This document shows positions 22,059 to 35,006 of a DNA stretch of 64,000 nt, in pieces. Below the pieces are notes generated by a model. The model saw only the letters and a program-made list of their open reading frames with translations. It did no database searches and was not told where the DNA came from. Both the position numbers and the translations under genes were made by a program. Source of the stretch: Blastocladiella emersonii ATCC 22665 (Eukaryota > Fungi > Blastocladiomycota); assembly GCA_025594325.1 (NCBI GenBank), contig JANHCV010000002.1:1178001-1242000 (forward strand). Direction: 5' to 3'. Each line of letters starts with the position of its first letter. Positions within the stretch are counted from its first letter, which is position 1.

Positions 22059-23575
22059 TCACAGCCCGCCCATGGCCGCAGCGACCAGCGCGACCGCGAC
22101 CGCCGCCATACTCGCGCCGAGCGACGCGGGGACCGCGGGCGCCGCCGCACTCGGCTTGTTGGACCCGTTGGGCGTGTTGTTGTTGGGGTTGAGCGTCGGG
22201 ACGGGCGCCTGGGTGGCCGCGGCCGTCGCGCTCGCGTGCAGGCGCGCGAACGGGTCGGGCGCGGGCTCGTTGCCGCCGAGCACGTCGTTGGTCGAGTTGG
22301 ACGCGGCCGTGGCGGTCGGGAGAGCGGTCGTGGTGGTGGTGGTCGTGGTGGACTTGGCGCCCGTGGCCTTGCTGCCCGTGCCCGCGTTGGCGCCCAGGCG
22401 CGTGTTAAGGAACGGGTTGTCGTTGGCGCCGCGGTACGGGGTCGAAATGCCGAGGCACTGGCCGACCGTGACGATTTCTATGCCCTGTTTCTTGATGTAA
22501 TCGATCATACGAGGAACGGCGGCTACCGAGAAAGGTAGGATGTCATGCGAGAGATGAATCCAGCTGCCCTCGCCGCGCGCAGCGTTGAAGGCGGCCAACC
22601 ACTGCTCGTAGACCTTGTCCGCGGTCGCTTGAGGAGTCGAATCAAGTTTCCAGTCGTTGGTGTCAACGAGGATGTTCACGACGGTGTAGCCGGCCGTCTC
22701 GAGGAACTGCAGCGACTCGGGACGCGTCTCGAGGAAGGGCGGGCGCATGAGGACCGGGCGGCGGCCGATGACCGACTGGATAGCGAGGTCGGTCATGACC
22801 ATCTCGGTGCGCATGTGCGAGAAGGGCTGCGGGGCGTTGGGCACGCTGCGCACGGGGCCGGGGACACGGCCGTTCGGGCCGAGCGAGCGGTGGGTGAAGG
22901 TGTGCGACCCGATCTCGTGGCCGGCGTCGAAGGCGGCCTTGACGTTGCGCGCGTACTGCGGGTAGTCGAGCACCTGGCGGCCGATCACGAAGAAGGTGGT
23001 CTTGAGGTTGCCCGCGTTGGCAAAGTGCTTGATGACCTCGGCCGTATACTAGAAGGAACGTGGCGCAGCATGCGGAGTGAGCACTAAGGCCGAACGAGGC
23101 AACAAGCGTCGCTCCCACGATCCGAGGGCCCACGCGCGACGCAGCGGCGCGCGCGACAGCCCCGTGTTCGCGAACGAACAACCGCGCTCCCGCGCCAACG
23201 TACCGCGCTCGGTCCATCGTCAAACGAGAACGCATACTGGTTGCGGTTGACGCACTTGGTGCGCGGGCCGCCGGCCTGGCACGCGCCGCAGTCGTTCGGG
23301 CACGACCCGCACGTCTCGCCCTGGGCAATGTTGCAGATGCCGTCGCCGCACTCGGCCGCGCCCGTGCCGAACATGCGCGCCTCGGCCGCCAGCACCCCGT
23401 TGATGGCGTCGGGCGCCGGCAGCGGGCACGTCGCCGTGTAGCACCACTCGGACGTGGGCGGGAACGCGGCCGCCGCGGGCGTCGCCGTCAGCGCGACGAG
23501 CGCCAGCGCCGTCACGGCGAGGACGGCCAGGAGACGGGGCGGCGGCGTCGCCGTGGCGGTGGCTTGGTGGTGCAT
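22059..23575 (-). CDS. Secreted, probably GPI-anchored CE4 polysaccharide (chitin) deacetylase; intron 23203-23049
   Basis: Signal peptide, FSFDDGP, TFFVIG, HEIGSHTFTH, RPPF, DTNDW, LSHD motifs; S/T-rich stalk and hydrophobic C-terminus. Confidence 0.92.
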
Positions 23576-24326
23576 GGGAGAAGGTTGTGGCGGTTTCGGA
23601 GACAGAGAGGCGCCACGGGCGAGGGGCGGGGTGCCGTTTATCAGAGCAAAAATGAGTCGGTGGAGGGGGGAGAGAGAACGGAGGAGCGCAGGGACACGAG
23701 GGTTTTTGAAGAAGCGCCCCGGTGGTCGCGGGCAAACAGCAAGTCGGAGGGCGGGTCCGTGTGTGCGTGCGCCCCCGCCGCCGCCGGCTGTGCCGCAGCG
23801 CAGCCGCTCGCGCCTCTCTGCTCATTTTGAATCGGGTGTGACTCGCTCATCGCTCGAGGAAGATGCGGCGCTTGGCACACATGAGCCGCATCAGTTCCGC
23901 CGACAGTGGTCCCGCTCGAGGTCGCCGCTCTCTCTCTCAACACTCCGCGAGCGACCATCAACGTCGGCGGCCGCGGACGGACGAGGTCGACCGACGACGC
24001 ACACCAATTCGCACGCATGGCGAGCATGCACCCTGCCCGCCCTGCGCCGCAGCCAGGTTCCGTGCCGCAGCGCGATGCAGCGGCCGCAGGGTGCGACAAA
24101 TGGGCGACCAGGTGGCGAGGAGGGAATGGTCGGGCCGAGCCCGAGCGCGCGGTGACGCGCTGCTGCGGCAACAGTTGGAGCAGCAGGATTGACATGCAGC
24201 GAGGCGGGCGAGGTGGGGAGGCGAACCACCCTTCGCGAGCGCTGCGGCTCGCCGTCAAAGCTCTCGGGAATGCGGGCAGGGTGTGACGGTTGATGGACTA
24301 TGTATGGAGGGAGAGGTGACCGCGCA

Positions 24327-24983
24327 TCAGATGCGGATCTTGAACGTACTACACGCAGCAGCAAGGCCAGTCAGCGCGAGGACGAGAATGGCGAGCCGCC
24401 GAGTGCGCAGACGTACTTGATAAAGTCGGGGCAGCGGGCAATGACGTGGTCAAACTCGACGAAGCTCAGCTTCTCGTCGCCGTCAATGTCGGCCTCGGCA
24501 AAGACCTTGGCGACAATGGTCTCGATCTCCTCCTCGGACAGGTTGTCGCCGACCTGGCACTCGACGGTCTGGCGCACGTCGGCGAACCCGAGCTGGTCGT
24601 CCTCGTCAAAGTCGTAGATGCGAAACGCGTAGAAGGACTTGACGTCGCGCGTGGCCTCCTCGGAGAAGACGGAGAGGAAGTCGAGAAAGTCCTCGAACTC
24701 GATGATGCCCTGCTCGTTGGAGAAGACCTCGGCGATGCGCATGCGGAACGGGTTGATCTGCAGCTCCGGGATCGCGACAAACTCGTCCTTGGACATTTCC
24801 TTGGTCCCGCCGGTCAGCCGCTCAAAGTAGCGGTAGATGCTGCGCAATGTGTGGGATATGAGAGGCGTTCTAGGACAGCAGAGCGCGAGAGACGCACCGC
24901 ATGATCTCGCTACGCCGGAAGAAGGTGTTCTCCTCGAACCACTCAAACTCCTCCTCGCTGAAGACCGAGACCTTGTTTCCCAT
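24327..24983 (-). CDS. Calcium- and integrin-binding (CIB2/CIB3-like) EF-hand protein; 3 exons
   Basis: MGNKVSVF (possible N-myristoylation), IPELQINPFRMRIAEVFS, KSFYAFRIYDFDED, EADIDGDEKLSFVEFDHVIARCPDF, spliced C-terminus FINTFKIRI*. Confidence 0.85.
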
Positions 24984-25439
24984 GGTGCTGGCGGGTGAGT
25001 TCCATCCGTTGCATGTAGTTTACGAGGGCGGAGGAGCGGGCGGAAAGGGCGCATCGCGTCGGCTCGAGCGAGGGCGCGACGCGAGACGCGCCGGCGGTGC
25101 GGGCGGCACGTGATGCGAGACGTCGGAGACTTTTCAAGTCCACGGACGAGCGCCGTCCGCCGTCGCCGCGCCGCTCACCGGCCGGCCGTCCGCTCCGGTC
25201 CCCGCCACCCCCCACGCCGCTCGCATCGGCGCCCCCACGTAGCTTGCAACTCGGAGCACTGCTCGCGCACCTCCCCCACGCACCACGGATCGACCGCTGC
25301 CCGCCCAGAGCGCCCGACGGACGACCCGCGCCCGGGCTGATCGGACCGGCCCTGCTTGGCGCCACGGCCTTTCCGTCAACTACCCCGACCTTTCAGCTCT
25401 CAGCGTCCCCTAAACCTGCGCTCGTCCACGTGGGCTGCC

Positions 25440-28400
25440 ATGGACCAGCCCGGCGACCCGCATGGGGCGCCCACTACGGCTCCGGGCGCGCGCTCGGCCG
25501 CCGCGGCCGCTGCCCCGCCGCCGTGGGCCTCGGGCACGCTCCCGCACGCCCGTCCCGGCGGCAGCAGCTACACGGGCTCGGGCGCCGGCGGCTCCGGTGC
25601 CTCGAGCTCCGCCGCTCGCTCCTGGCGCGACTCGGGGTCCGGGTCCGCCGCCCGCGATCACGGCACCCCGCGCTACGGCTCCCAGCAGAGCGGTAGTAGT
25701 AGCCGCCATGCCAGCGACGACCCGTACTCGTACCAGCCGCGCGGCCGTACCAACTCGCACTCGGATGGTGGTGGGTCCCGCTACCAGCCCGCGCCGCCGC
25801 CGCTCCCGCCGGGCCAGCGCGGCCGCACGCAGCACGACTCGTACGGCGACCGATACGTCCCCGGCCAGTCGCCCTACGGGTCGGGCAGCCGTAACTCGGG
25901 GCCCGGATCCCCGCCGCCCGGCCCGCTCGGATCGCGCCGTGGCGGCGGCGACTCGTGGACCTCGTCGTCTGGCCACGGCACCCCACGCTCGGGAAGTGGC
26001 AGTACTGGCCGGCTCCCGCTCGGCCGGTCGGGATCGACGTCGTCGCTGCCGTCACGCGGCGGGTCCCACGCCAACGGGCACGACCGCGCCGTGACGCCGC
26101 GCGACGATGCGCACTACCGCTCGTGGCACTCGCAGCCTGGCGCGTCCACCTGGCACCCGCGCAACGACGCCGCCGGCCGCATGCCGCTCGGCTCGCCCAC
26201 CGCCGCTACCACCCCCGCGTCGATCGCCGAGTACCCGTACACGGCGCACTCGGTCGCGTCCATGTCCCCGCGCCCCGACGCAGTCATGTCGCCCCCGCGG
26301 TCGCCCGCATTCGCTGCCCCGGTGCCGCTCAAGCGGCTCGAGCTGCCCCCGCCCACCCCGCTCGGCGACGCCTGGGTCGCCATCTACGACCCGCTGCTCG
26401 ACCCTAACCTCCGCGGCGACATGCGCCGGCGCGAGGTTGAGCGCCGTGTCAACGGCGGCTCGGTACGCACGATTTCCGTGATCGTCCCGGCGCTCCGATC
26501 GGTGCTAACTCGTCCCCGTCGTTTTGCATAGGGTGCCTTCCGGCCAGCGCCGCGAGACCCACGACCGCAACCGCGTGCTGGCGTACGACCCGACTTTGCG
26601 TCCAAGCGCGCGCCGTCCATCGTGCCTTTCCCTACCCGCATCCAGGTACTTTTTGCACTGACCAACCCGTCTACGAGACCAGCAAACTCACGACGCGCTC
26701 CTGTATAGGTCGCCACCGACTGCGAACCGCTCCCCGTCTTCGCCACCGTCTCGTCCATCGACCCGCGCATGTCGGCCGCCGACGTCAAGACCATGTTCCT
26801 CGCGTGCGGGCCCATCATCTACACGCGCCTCGAGACCCACCCGACCGACCCGGCCTTCAGCCTCGGCATTGCCCGCATCAAGTTCGCCACCGAGCAGGCC
26901 GCCCGCATCTGCGTGTCGCGCTTCGACGGCCGGCCCTCGGGCAGCGGCCGCTTCCTGCACGTCGAGCTCGACACGGACGGCCGCCGGTTCCGCCAGCTCA
27001 TGACTGAGGCCAGGGCCGCCGTCGCCGCCGCTGCCCCGGCCAAGTCCCTCGCCGTCGGCAAGCAGCAGCCGGCCGACCCGCTCCGCCGATCCGCGCCCAT
27101 GCCCATCGTCTCGCCCGCCGCTGCTGCCGCCGCCGCACCCCTGCCGCCGCTCACCTCGCGCGGCGGCCTCCGTCTTCCGCCCCGCCCGCCACCGTCTGCG
27201 GGGGCAGGCACCACGGGCTCAACCCCGCCCGCGCCCGCGCTCGGCCGCCGCCTCAGCAACCCGAATATTGACTCGTACCGGCCCGGCGACCGGTCGCCCT
27301 CCGCCGCCGCCGCGTTCCACCCGGCCGCCGCGCACCGCGGACGCACCCTGTCCAGCCTCAGCGGTAACTCGCGCGCGCGGTCGCCCGTCGGGTACCGCCG
27401 GCGCTACTCGTCGCGGTCCCGGTCCCGCTCGCGGTCGCCCCGGTCGCGGTCTCGCTCGCGGTCTCGATCGCCACGTTCACGGTCACGGTCGCCGCGGTTG
27501 CGGTCGCGCTCTCACTCGCGGTCACGGTCACGCTCACGGTCTCGATCCCACTCCCGCTCCCGCTCACGTTCTCGGTCGCGCTCGCGTTCTCGCTCGCGTT
27601 CCCGGTCCCGTTCGCCCCTGCCGCGGGACCGGTACCGCGCGCTGGCGCAGCCCGCCGCGCCCGACGCGTGGGACGTGGCGCGGACCGCGGCCGCACGGAG
27701 TCTGCGCGACGCCTCGCACCGGCGCGTGTGGGCGCAGCTCGTTGCGGATCCCGCCGTGTGGAGCGCCGTGACGGCGCGCGTCGAGTCGCGGCTGCGGACC
27801 GCGCTCGGCGTCCCGGCCCCTCCGCCACCGCCGCCCGCCAACAACGGCTCGTCGCCGCTCCCGCTGCTCGCGGTACCCGCGGTCGCGCGGTCTGCGGTGC
27901 CGTCCAGCGAGGACGACGTAGCGGGTGATGCGGCCCTGGTCGCGTCCACGTCGTCGCCCGCCGCCGCTGCCAAGTCCGGCGCCGACGCGTCGACGGCGAG
28001 CTCCGACTCGCTCCTGCTCGTGTCGGTCCCGACATCCGACCCGCTCGCGGGCGACGGGCCCACGACGCAGGAGGACGCGCTCGATCTCGCGATTGCGATG
28101 CTGCCGTCGTTCAAGAAGCGGCGGCCGGCTACCTCGGCGTCCGCCTCCGCCTCGGCGCCCCGCGCGTCCGCCTCCGCCTCGGCGCCCCGCGCGTCCGCCT
28201 CCGCCTCGGCGCCCCGCGCGTCCGCCAAGCGCGCGTACCACAGCAGCTACGGCGACCGCGACCGCGACCGCGACCGCGACTGGCCGCGGTCCGACCCTGC
28301 GCCCGGGAGCGATTACCACCAACACCACAGCCACCGCGGGAACCGCTCCTCGGACAGCGACTCGGACACGGGCTCCCAGCGCCGCTCGCCGCCCGCGAAA

Positions 28401-31079
28401 CGCGCGCGGACCGCGGCCGGGTCCCGGACTGCTGCAGCTGCCACCGACCGCTCGCACACGTACAGCCGCGACGGGCGGAGAAGGCTCAGCCCGTCGTCGT
28501 CGTCGTCCTCGCCCGCGTCGTCGGATGACGAACACGGTAGTGCGCGGGAAGGCGATGCCCCCGTCCCCGCCCCCGCCCCCGTCCCTCGCGCCAGCTCGCG
28601 CAACGCCGCGGCGCGCAGCCGGTGGTCCAAAATCGACTTTGACTCGTCCTCCGACGAGGCCCCCGGCGGCGACGGCGACGGCGACGGCGACGGCAGCGAG
28701 CCCGCCGGGTCCCCGAGCCCGAGTCCGATCCCGCGCGCCGGCGCGAGCAGCCGAAGCCCTGCTACTGCCGCCAGTACCAGCCCTGGCCGACGGCGCCGCC
28801 GCGGCGGGTCCCGCGGGAGCGCTGCGTCCAGCGAGGACGTCAGCGAGATCGAGGAATACTCGAGCCTCAGCGTCCCGCCGCCGCCGCGGCCCGCGTCCGA
28901 GCCCGCGCTCGAGACCGAGGTGGTGCCGCGTGGCGAAAGCGGATCGCCGCGGCGGAGCGATGTGCGGCCGGTTTCGCCGGCGGCGGCTAGCCCGCTCGCG
29001 CAGGCTACGCCGGCCGATCCGGCGGCCATGGACGTCGATGCCGCGCCCGCGAGCACCGCGCCCACGGTCGTCGTCGTGTCGAGCCCGTCGCGGTCGCCGT
29101 CCCCCGAACCGCCCGCGCCCGCGCCCGCGCTTAAGCCCGAGCCGCTGGTGCACGACGAGGCCGCTGCTGACGCTGTCCTCTCCGCCTTCTTCGCGACGCT
29201 CGAGGAGCCCGCGGCTCCAGCCCCTGCTGCTGCTGCTGCCGCCGCCGCGCCGTCTCGCTCACCGTCTCCACCACCACCCGCGCCCGCCACCTCCCTCCCC
29301 GCCGCGCCGCCACTCGTCACCGAGCTGCCCAAGAAGCTCGTCCCGCCGCCTCCCCCGCCGCGGCCGCGCGACACGACGGTGGTAATCTACGACCCGAACG
29401 AGGACGGCGACGACGACGACTACGCCGCCGGCGCGGGCGGCGCGGGCGGCGAGGACGCGGACCCGGACTATGACCCGGATTTCGGCGGCGCGCCGTCGCC
29501 CGCGGCCGCCAAGCCCAAGCCGAAGCGCGCGGCCAAGTCCAAGAAGGGGCGCAACGCCAAGGCGAAAGCCAAGCGCGCCGCGGCCGCGGCCACAACCGCC
29601 GCGGGCGGCGGCACCACCAGCGACGCGTCCCCGACCGTCGGCGCCATCGCCGGGATCCCCTCCGTCTGGGACCTCAACGAGTACCTGCACCCGGACGCGG
29701 CGGCGCTCGCGGCGGGCGTCGCGGACCCCGAGGTCGACTCCGCGCTCGCCAAGCTCGAGGCGCAGCTGTCTGATTTCGTCGCGGCTCTCGACTCCGCGGC
29801 GAGTGCTGGCCGGCTCGCGGCTGGGTGGCCCGAGGCGCACGCCCTCGCGTGGCTCCACGGCGAGTACGCCGACAAGGACCGCATGGACGTGGTGCGCGAC
29901 GCGCTCGCGAACAAGTGGCCCGAGCTGCCGATCGCGACCTCGGCGGCGTCGGGCGCGTCCGTTGTCGGCCAGGTCGATGAGGCCGACGCGATTGTCGATA
30001 TCACGACTGTCGACGCGGCTGGGTTCCACCCGCCCCTCGCTGCTGCGGTGGCGGCCGTCGCGACGCCCGTGCGGCCGATCGGCACCCCGGCCCCGACCAT
30101 GGCCGCTGACCCGGCCATTAGTGCGGCAGCAGCAGCCGCCCAGCCCGTCTCGCTCGGCGCAGACCTCGACTCGCTCCTCGCGCGGCTCGCCCCGCCGCCG
30201 CCCTCCTCCAGCGACGACGCCGTGCCGCCCCCGCCGTCACACTCCCCGGCCACCACCGCGCCCGCGTCGCCGACCAAACCCTCCACCCCCACCGGCACCA
30301 CCACCGCCGGCAGCGTCCCCGCGCCCGTCGCGACGATCCAGCTCATGTGCGCGCGGACGCGCGAGTACGTGCGCCCGCCGATGTCGGTCAAGGCCAAGTA
30401 CCTCCCGCGCCTTCCTCCACTCAGCGACGCAGAGCGCGAGCGCGCCGTCGCGCAGGCGGGCACGCACGGCCGCGGCGCGCGCGGTGGGCTGAACCTCGGT
30501 CCGCCCGACGGGTCCAGCGGATCGAAGCAGCTCCTCCTCCCCGCCGGGGCGGCGTCGGACGCGTCGCTCGCGGCAGCCCTCGACGGCGGGGACGCGGCGC
30601 TGCTCGCGCTCTCGCTATCGCACTCGGCGCTGAAATCGCGCGCGAAACGCGTCAAGATCGCGCGGTCGGGGATCCACGCGTGGGGCCTGTACGCGCTGGA
30701 GCCGATCGACGCGGGCGACTTTGTAATCGAGTACGTGGGCGAGATTGTGCGGCAGAAGGTGGCGGACCTGCGCGAGGCGCAGTACGACGCGGCGGGCCTG
30801 GGCGGCGCCAGCTACCTGTTCCGGCTCGACGACGACCGCGTCGTCGACGCGACGCGGTGCGGGAACTACGCGAGGTTCATCAACCACTGCTGCGAGCCCA
30901 ACTGCCTCGCGCGGATCATCGTCGTGGACGGCGAGAAGAAGATCGTCATCTATGCGGCGCGCGCGATCGCGATTGGCGACGAGATCACGTATGACTACAA
31001 GTTCGAGATCGAGGAGGACGACGAGGCCAAGATCAAGTGTCTGTGCGGGGCCAAGGGGTGTCGCGGGTCGCTCAACTAG
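25440..31079 (+). CDS. SET1: Histone H3K4 methyltransferase Set1 (RRM, RS-rich segment, n-SET, SET, post-SET); multi-exon
   Basis: RRM ([16 protein letters not shown]...LGIARIKF), CART Win-like motif, [17 protein letters not shown]...[15 protein letters not shown]...EITYDYKF...[13 protein letters not shown]. Confidence 0.92.
27405..27612 (+). repeat. Coding (Arg-Ser)n dipeptide repeat in SET1
   Basis: About 70 codons of SRSRSRS with synonymous codon variation. Confidence 0.9.
28137..28226 (+). repeat. 27-bp perfect tandem repeat x3 (ASASASAPR) in SET1
   Basis: gcgtccgcctccgcctcggcgccccgc three times. Confidence 0.9.
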
Positions 31080-31227
31080 CGAGGTGGACGGAATACAGCG
31101 TGTGCGTGTGGACGATGAAGAGAAACAATCCTTTTTTGGTGTAGTGGCAGTAGCAATGACAGCAGCACAGCGGGGAGTGGGGGGAGGGGGAACGAAGAAC
31201 AAAAAACTAATACTCGCCTGACCGTGA

Positions 31228-34200
31228 TCAGGACTTGATGCAGCTGCCCACGACCGGCGGCTCTGGTGCGGGTGCTGTTGGTGGCGCAGCAGCGACCGCG
31301 GCCGCGGTGGCGGCCGGCTTGCGGTTATGCTGCATGTGCGACTTGACGAGATGCCCGGCCGCGAGCGCGGCGAGGAGCGAGAGCTCGCCGGCCATGACGG
31401 CGGCGGCGATGACGCGCGCGAGCCGCTGCGCGTTCGCGCCGGGCGTTTCGCGGTTCGCGCCGCGCGCGCCCAGGAGGTCGAGCATGGCGGCCTGCGGGGC
31501 GAGCGTGGTGCCGCCGCCGACGGTGCCGACCTCGATGCACGGCATCGAGCACGACAGGTACAGGTCGTCCTCGCCTCCCTCTTCAGCGGACGGGACCGCC
31601 TCCATGAGCGTGATGCACTGCGACGACTCGACGTTCTGCGCGGGGTCCTGGCCCGTGGCGAGGTAGACTGCCGTCAGGATGTTGGCGGCGTGCGCGTTGA
31701 ACCCGCCAATGGACCCGGCCATGGCGGACCCGACGAGGTTCTTTTTGGTGTTGACGGCGACGAGGTCGGCGACGGTCGTCTTGAGCACCTTGCGCACGAC
31801 GTCGGCGCGGACGCGGCAGCTGGCCACGACCGACTTGCCGCGGCCCTCGATCCAGTTGATGGCCGCGGGCTTCTTGTCGGTGCAGTAGTTGCCCGACAGC
31901 GCGACGACCGTCATGGTCGGGAACCGCTCCCCCAAAAGCGCGAGCGCGGCCTCGCACCCCTTGGAGATCATGTTCATGCCCATGGCGTCGCCCGTGACGG
32001 TCGTGAACCGCACGTAGAGCAGCCGGCCCGCGAGCGCGCACATGACACGCTGGAGGCGGGCGAACCGGGACGTCGAGTCGAACGCGGCCTTGACGGCGGC
32101 GAACCCGGCGTCCGACTCGATCCAGACGCGGCACGCCGCGGCCGCCGCCACGTCCGGGAACTCGAGGCACGGGCCGCGCGTCATGCCGTCGCGCGTGAGC
32201 ACCGTGACCGCGCCGCCGGACATGCTGATGGCCTTACACCCGCGCGACGTGGACGCGACGAGGCATCCTTCCGTCGTCGCCATGGGCACGTACATGGCCT
32301 CGCCGTCCACGGTAAACGGACCCGCGAGCCCGACGGGCAGCGGGAGGTACCCGATCACGTTCTCGCAGCACGCGCCCTGCACCTGGTCGTACCGGTAGTC
32401 GGCGACGGGGAGCGCCGAGGCGGCGAGCGACGCAGTGGGGCGAGGCGGGAGGTGCGCGTTGAGCTTGGCGAGCTGCGCGTCGGCCGCGAGCCGCCGCACG
32501 TGCACGGCACGCTCGTAGTCCTTGTCGAGCTTGTTCTCGAGCGCGTGGAACGCGAGCGCGCCCTGCGCCACGAGCGCCGCGAGGTCCTCGTTGGACCGCT
32601 CGGCGAGGGGCACGGTCCCGTCGTCGGTCACGGCGGGCAGCGACGGCTTAGGGACCACGGCGCGTGCGGGCGAGGTCGCGATGGGGGCAGCGCGGACGGC
32701 CACGGGCTCGACGACGGCGGGAACCACGGCAGCCGGCTTTGGCGTAACGGCAGCGACGGGCGTAACCTGCTGCGGCGCGGGATGCGACCACATGACGGCA
32801 AACACGTTGATGGCGACGGAGGCGAGGAGGAGCGCCGTGACCTGCCAGTGGTCCCAGGGGGACGGCGGGGAGACGATAGTCGTCGCCTGCTGCTGCTGCT
32901 GCGCTGGCGCAGTACCGAGGAGCAGGATCCGGACAGCCGGGAGCACATGGGCCTCCGCGATCTCGGTGTGGTGCGCGCGGAGCCACGCGAGCGGGGCGCG
33001 GACGTGGTCGAGCGACACGTCGACCGAGTGGGAGCGCGGGAGGAACTCGAAGAGCGACGAGGCGGCGCCGGCGGCGGCCGAGGGCGACAGGAGCGACCAC
33101 AGCTGCATGGCGAGGACGCCGGCGAGCATGGCGATCTTGAGGTTGGTGACGAGCGAGGCCGCAGCCGAGGCCGACGTCGCGGACGACGACGAAGACGAGT
33201 GCGACGCGAGCTTGGCCGGGTTTACCTTGTAGTGCGCGCGGGGCTTGACGGGCGACGCGGTCGGCGTGCGCGCCGCCGACGAAGTAGCAGCGGCGACGGC
33301 GGCAGCAGCAGCGGCAGCCACGACGACGGGAGCCTCGTGCAGCTTCCCGTTGGCGATCTGGCGGTCGAGGTGCATGGCGACGACGGCGACGAACACGGTG
33401 AACATGCAGAGGCCGTCGAGGACGAGGATCAGGGCGCCGACGGTGCAGAACTCGGCGAGGCCGCGGACGCCCGACACGGCGCCGAGCGAGAGCACTGAGA
33501 TCTCGGCGAGCAGGTCGCGCACCATGGTCGGGCCGACGGCGGCGACGCCCGCGGCGACCTTGTCGAGGACGGCGCGCGAGACGGAGCTCGAGCTGGTGTG
33601 ACTGGTCGAGGCCGTGTCGAGCTCGACAGCCGAGTCCTCGGCGTGGAGGGCGGCGGTCGGTGGAGGCTGGGCGAGGAGAATGGCCTTGGCGAGGAGGTAG
33701 GGCCGCTCGAAGCCGACGGTGATGACGAGGAACGGGGTGGCCTCGGCGAGCATGACGATGGTGACGGGGACCTCGAGGGTGCGGGTGATGGCGAGGGCGG
33801 CGAGGAAGGCAGCCGCGCCGTAGGCCATGACGGCGGCACCTGTTACGGGGAGGAGTCAGGGTACGTCGAAACGCAGAGAGACAAAAAGTGCGTACCCAGA
33901 GTGAACTTGGACCCGACCTTGCGCATGTTGAAGAAGAGATAGCCGAACGTGGCGTGCATCATGGCGTAGGCGGCGAACACGACGACAACGTCGGCGGGCT
34001 CGGCGAGGACCATGAGGTGGAGGACGGCGGTGACGGCTTGGGCGAGGCGCTTGATCCAGCGGGTCGACGCCGGGGCCGCAGGCGAGCCAGTGGTAACCGT
34101 GATGGGCGCGTTGCCGAGCGGGTTCTGGCGCAGGACGCGGTCGGTGACGACCTCGCCGCCGTCGAGCTTGAGGAGCGAGACGCGGTCGGCGAAGGCGTTG

Positions 34201-35006
34201 GCGCGGGCGAGCTGCTCGGGCCCGTCGGCGCGCAGGACCATGGTGAGGTAGGCGCCGGCGGCACCCGTGAAGGTGGACGCGGCCTTGTCGGCGGGGCCCG
34301 CGGGGTCGGCGAGCATGGAGCGGAGCGGGACACCGAGCGGGAGCGGCGCGCCCGTGGCGGCGGCGAGGGCGTCGCGCTCGAGGGCGCGGGCGAGGGTCGC
34401 GCTCGGGTCGGCGTCGGCAGCGAGGGTCTGGGCGTCGTGGTTCCACAGAGCGAGGGGCGAGAGGACGGTGCAGCCGGTGTCGGCGACGGTCCAGGGCGCG
34501 TCAGAGGCGGCGGGGAGACACAGGTCGGCGTAGGCGAGCGGGCGGGCAGCGGCCACATCGTTGATCTGCAGGCCGCCATGAACCAGGTGGTTCTGGACGC
34601 GCAGGAGGGCCTGGAGGGCGGACGGAGTGACGGCCGAGAAGGCGGCGGTGGGGCGGAACTCGACCTGGAGGAGGAGCGCGGCGGGCGCCTCGGCCGCGTC
34701 GTCGGGGAGGGTCGACGCGGCGTCGGTCGGAGTGGCGGCCCAGGGTCCCATGGACGAGAACAGCCCCTCGGGCACGACGCTTTCCCGCTCGGTCAGGGAG
34801 ACGGTGGTCGCGGCGGTGACGATGCCGTGGTGGTCGTCGAGCGGGAGAAAGTGGGTGCCGCCGTGCGAGAGGGCGAGGAGGCACGCCGTAGCGAGCAGGG
34901 TGGCGCCGACGAGGGCCTCGACGGGACGGCGGGCGCACGCGACGGCGCCGCGGGCCAGCGAGTGGGCCACGGCGGCGCGGACGGCCGCGACGGGGGACGG
35001 GGTCAT
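31228..35006 (-). CDS. HMG1: HMG-CoA reductase (class I, with membrane/sterol-sensing region); intron 33895-33840
   Basis: [15 protein letters not shown] (sterol-sensing region), [62 protein letters not shown]. Confidence 0.96.

Noticed and set aside
31228-35006. Terpenoid (e.g. pheromone) biosynthetic gene cluster around HMG-CoA reductase
   Set aside because: Neighbours are SET1 and PRE2; no terpene synthase, prenyltransferase or P450 in the window.
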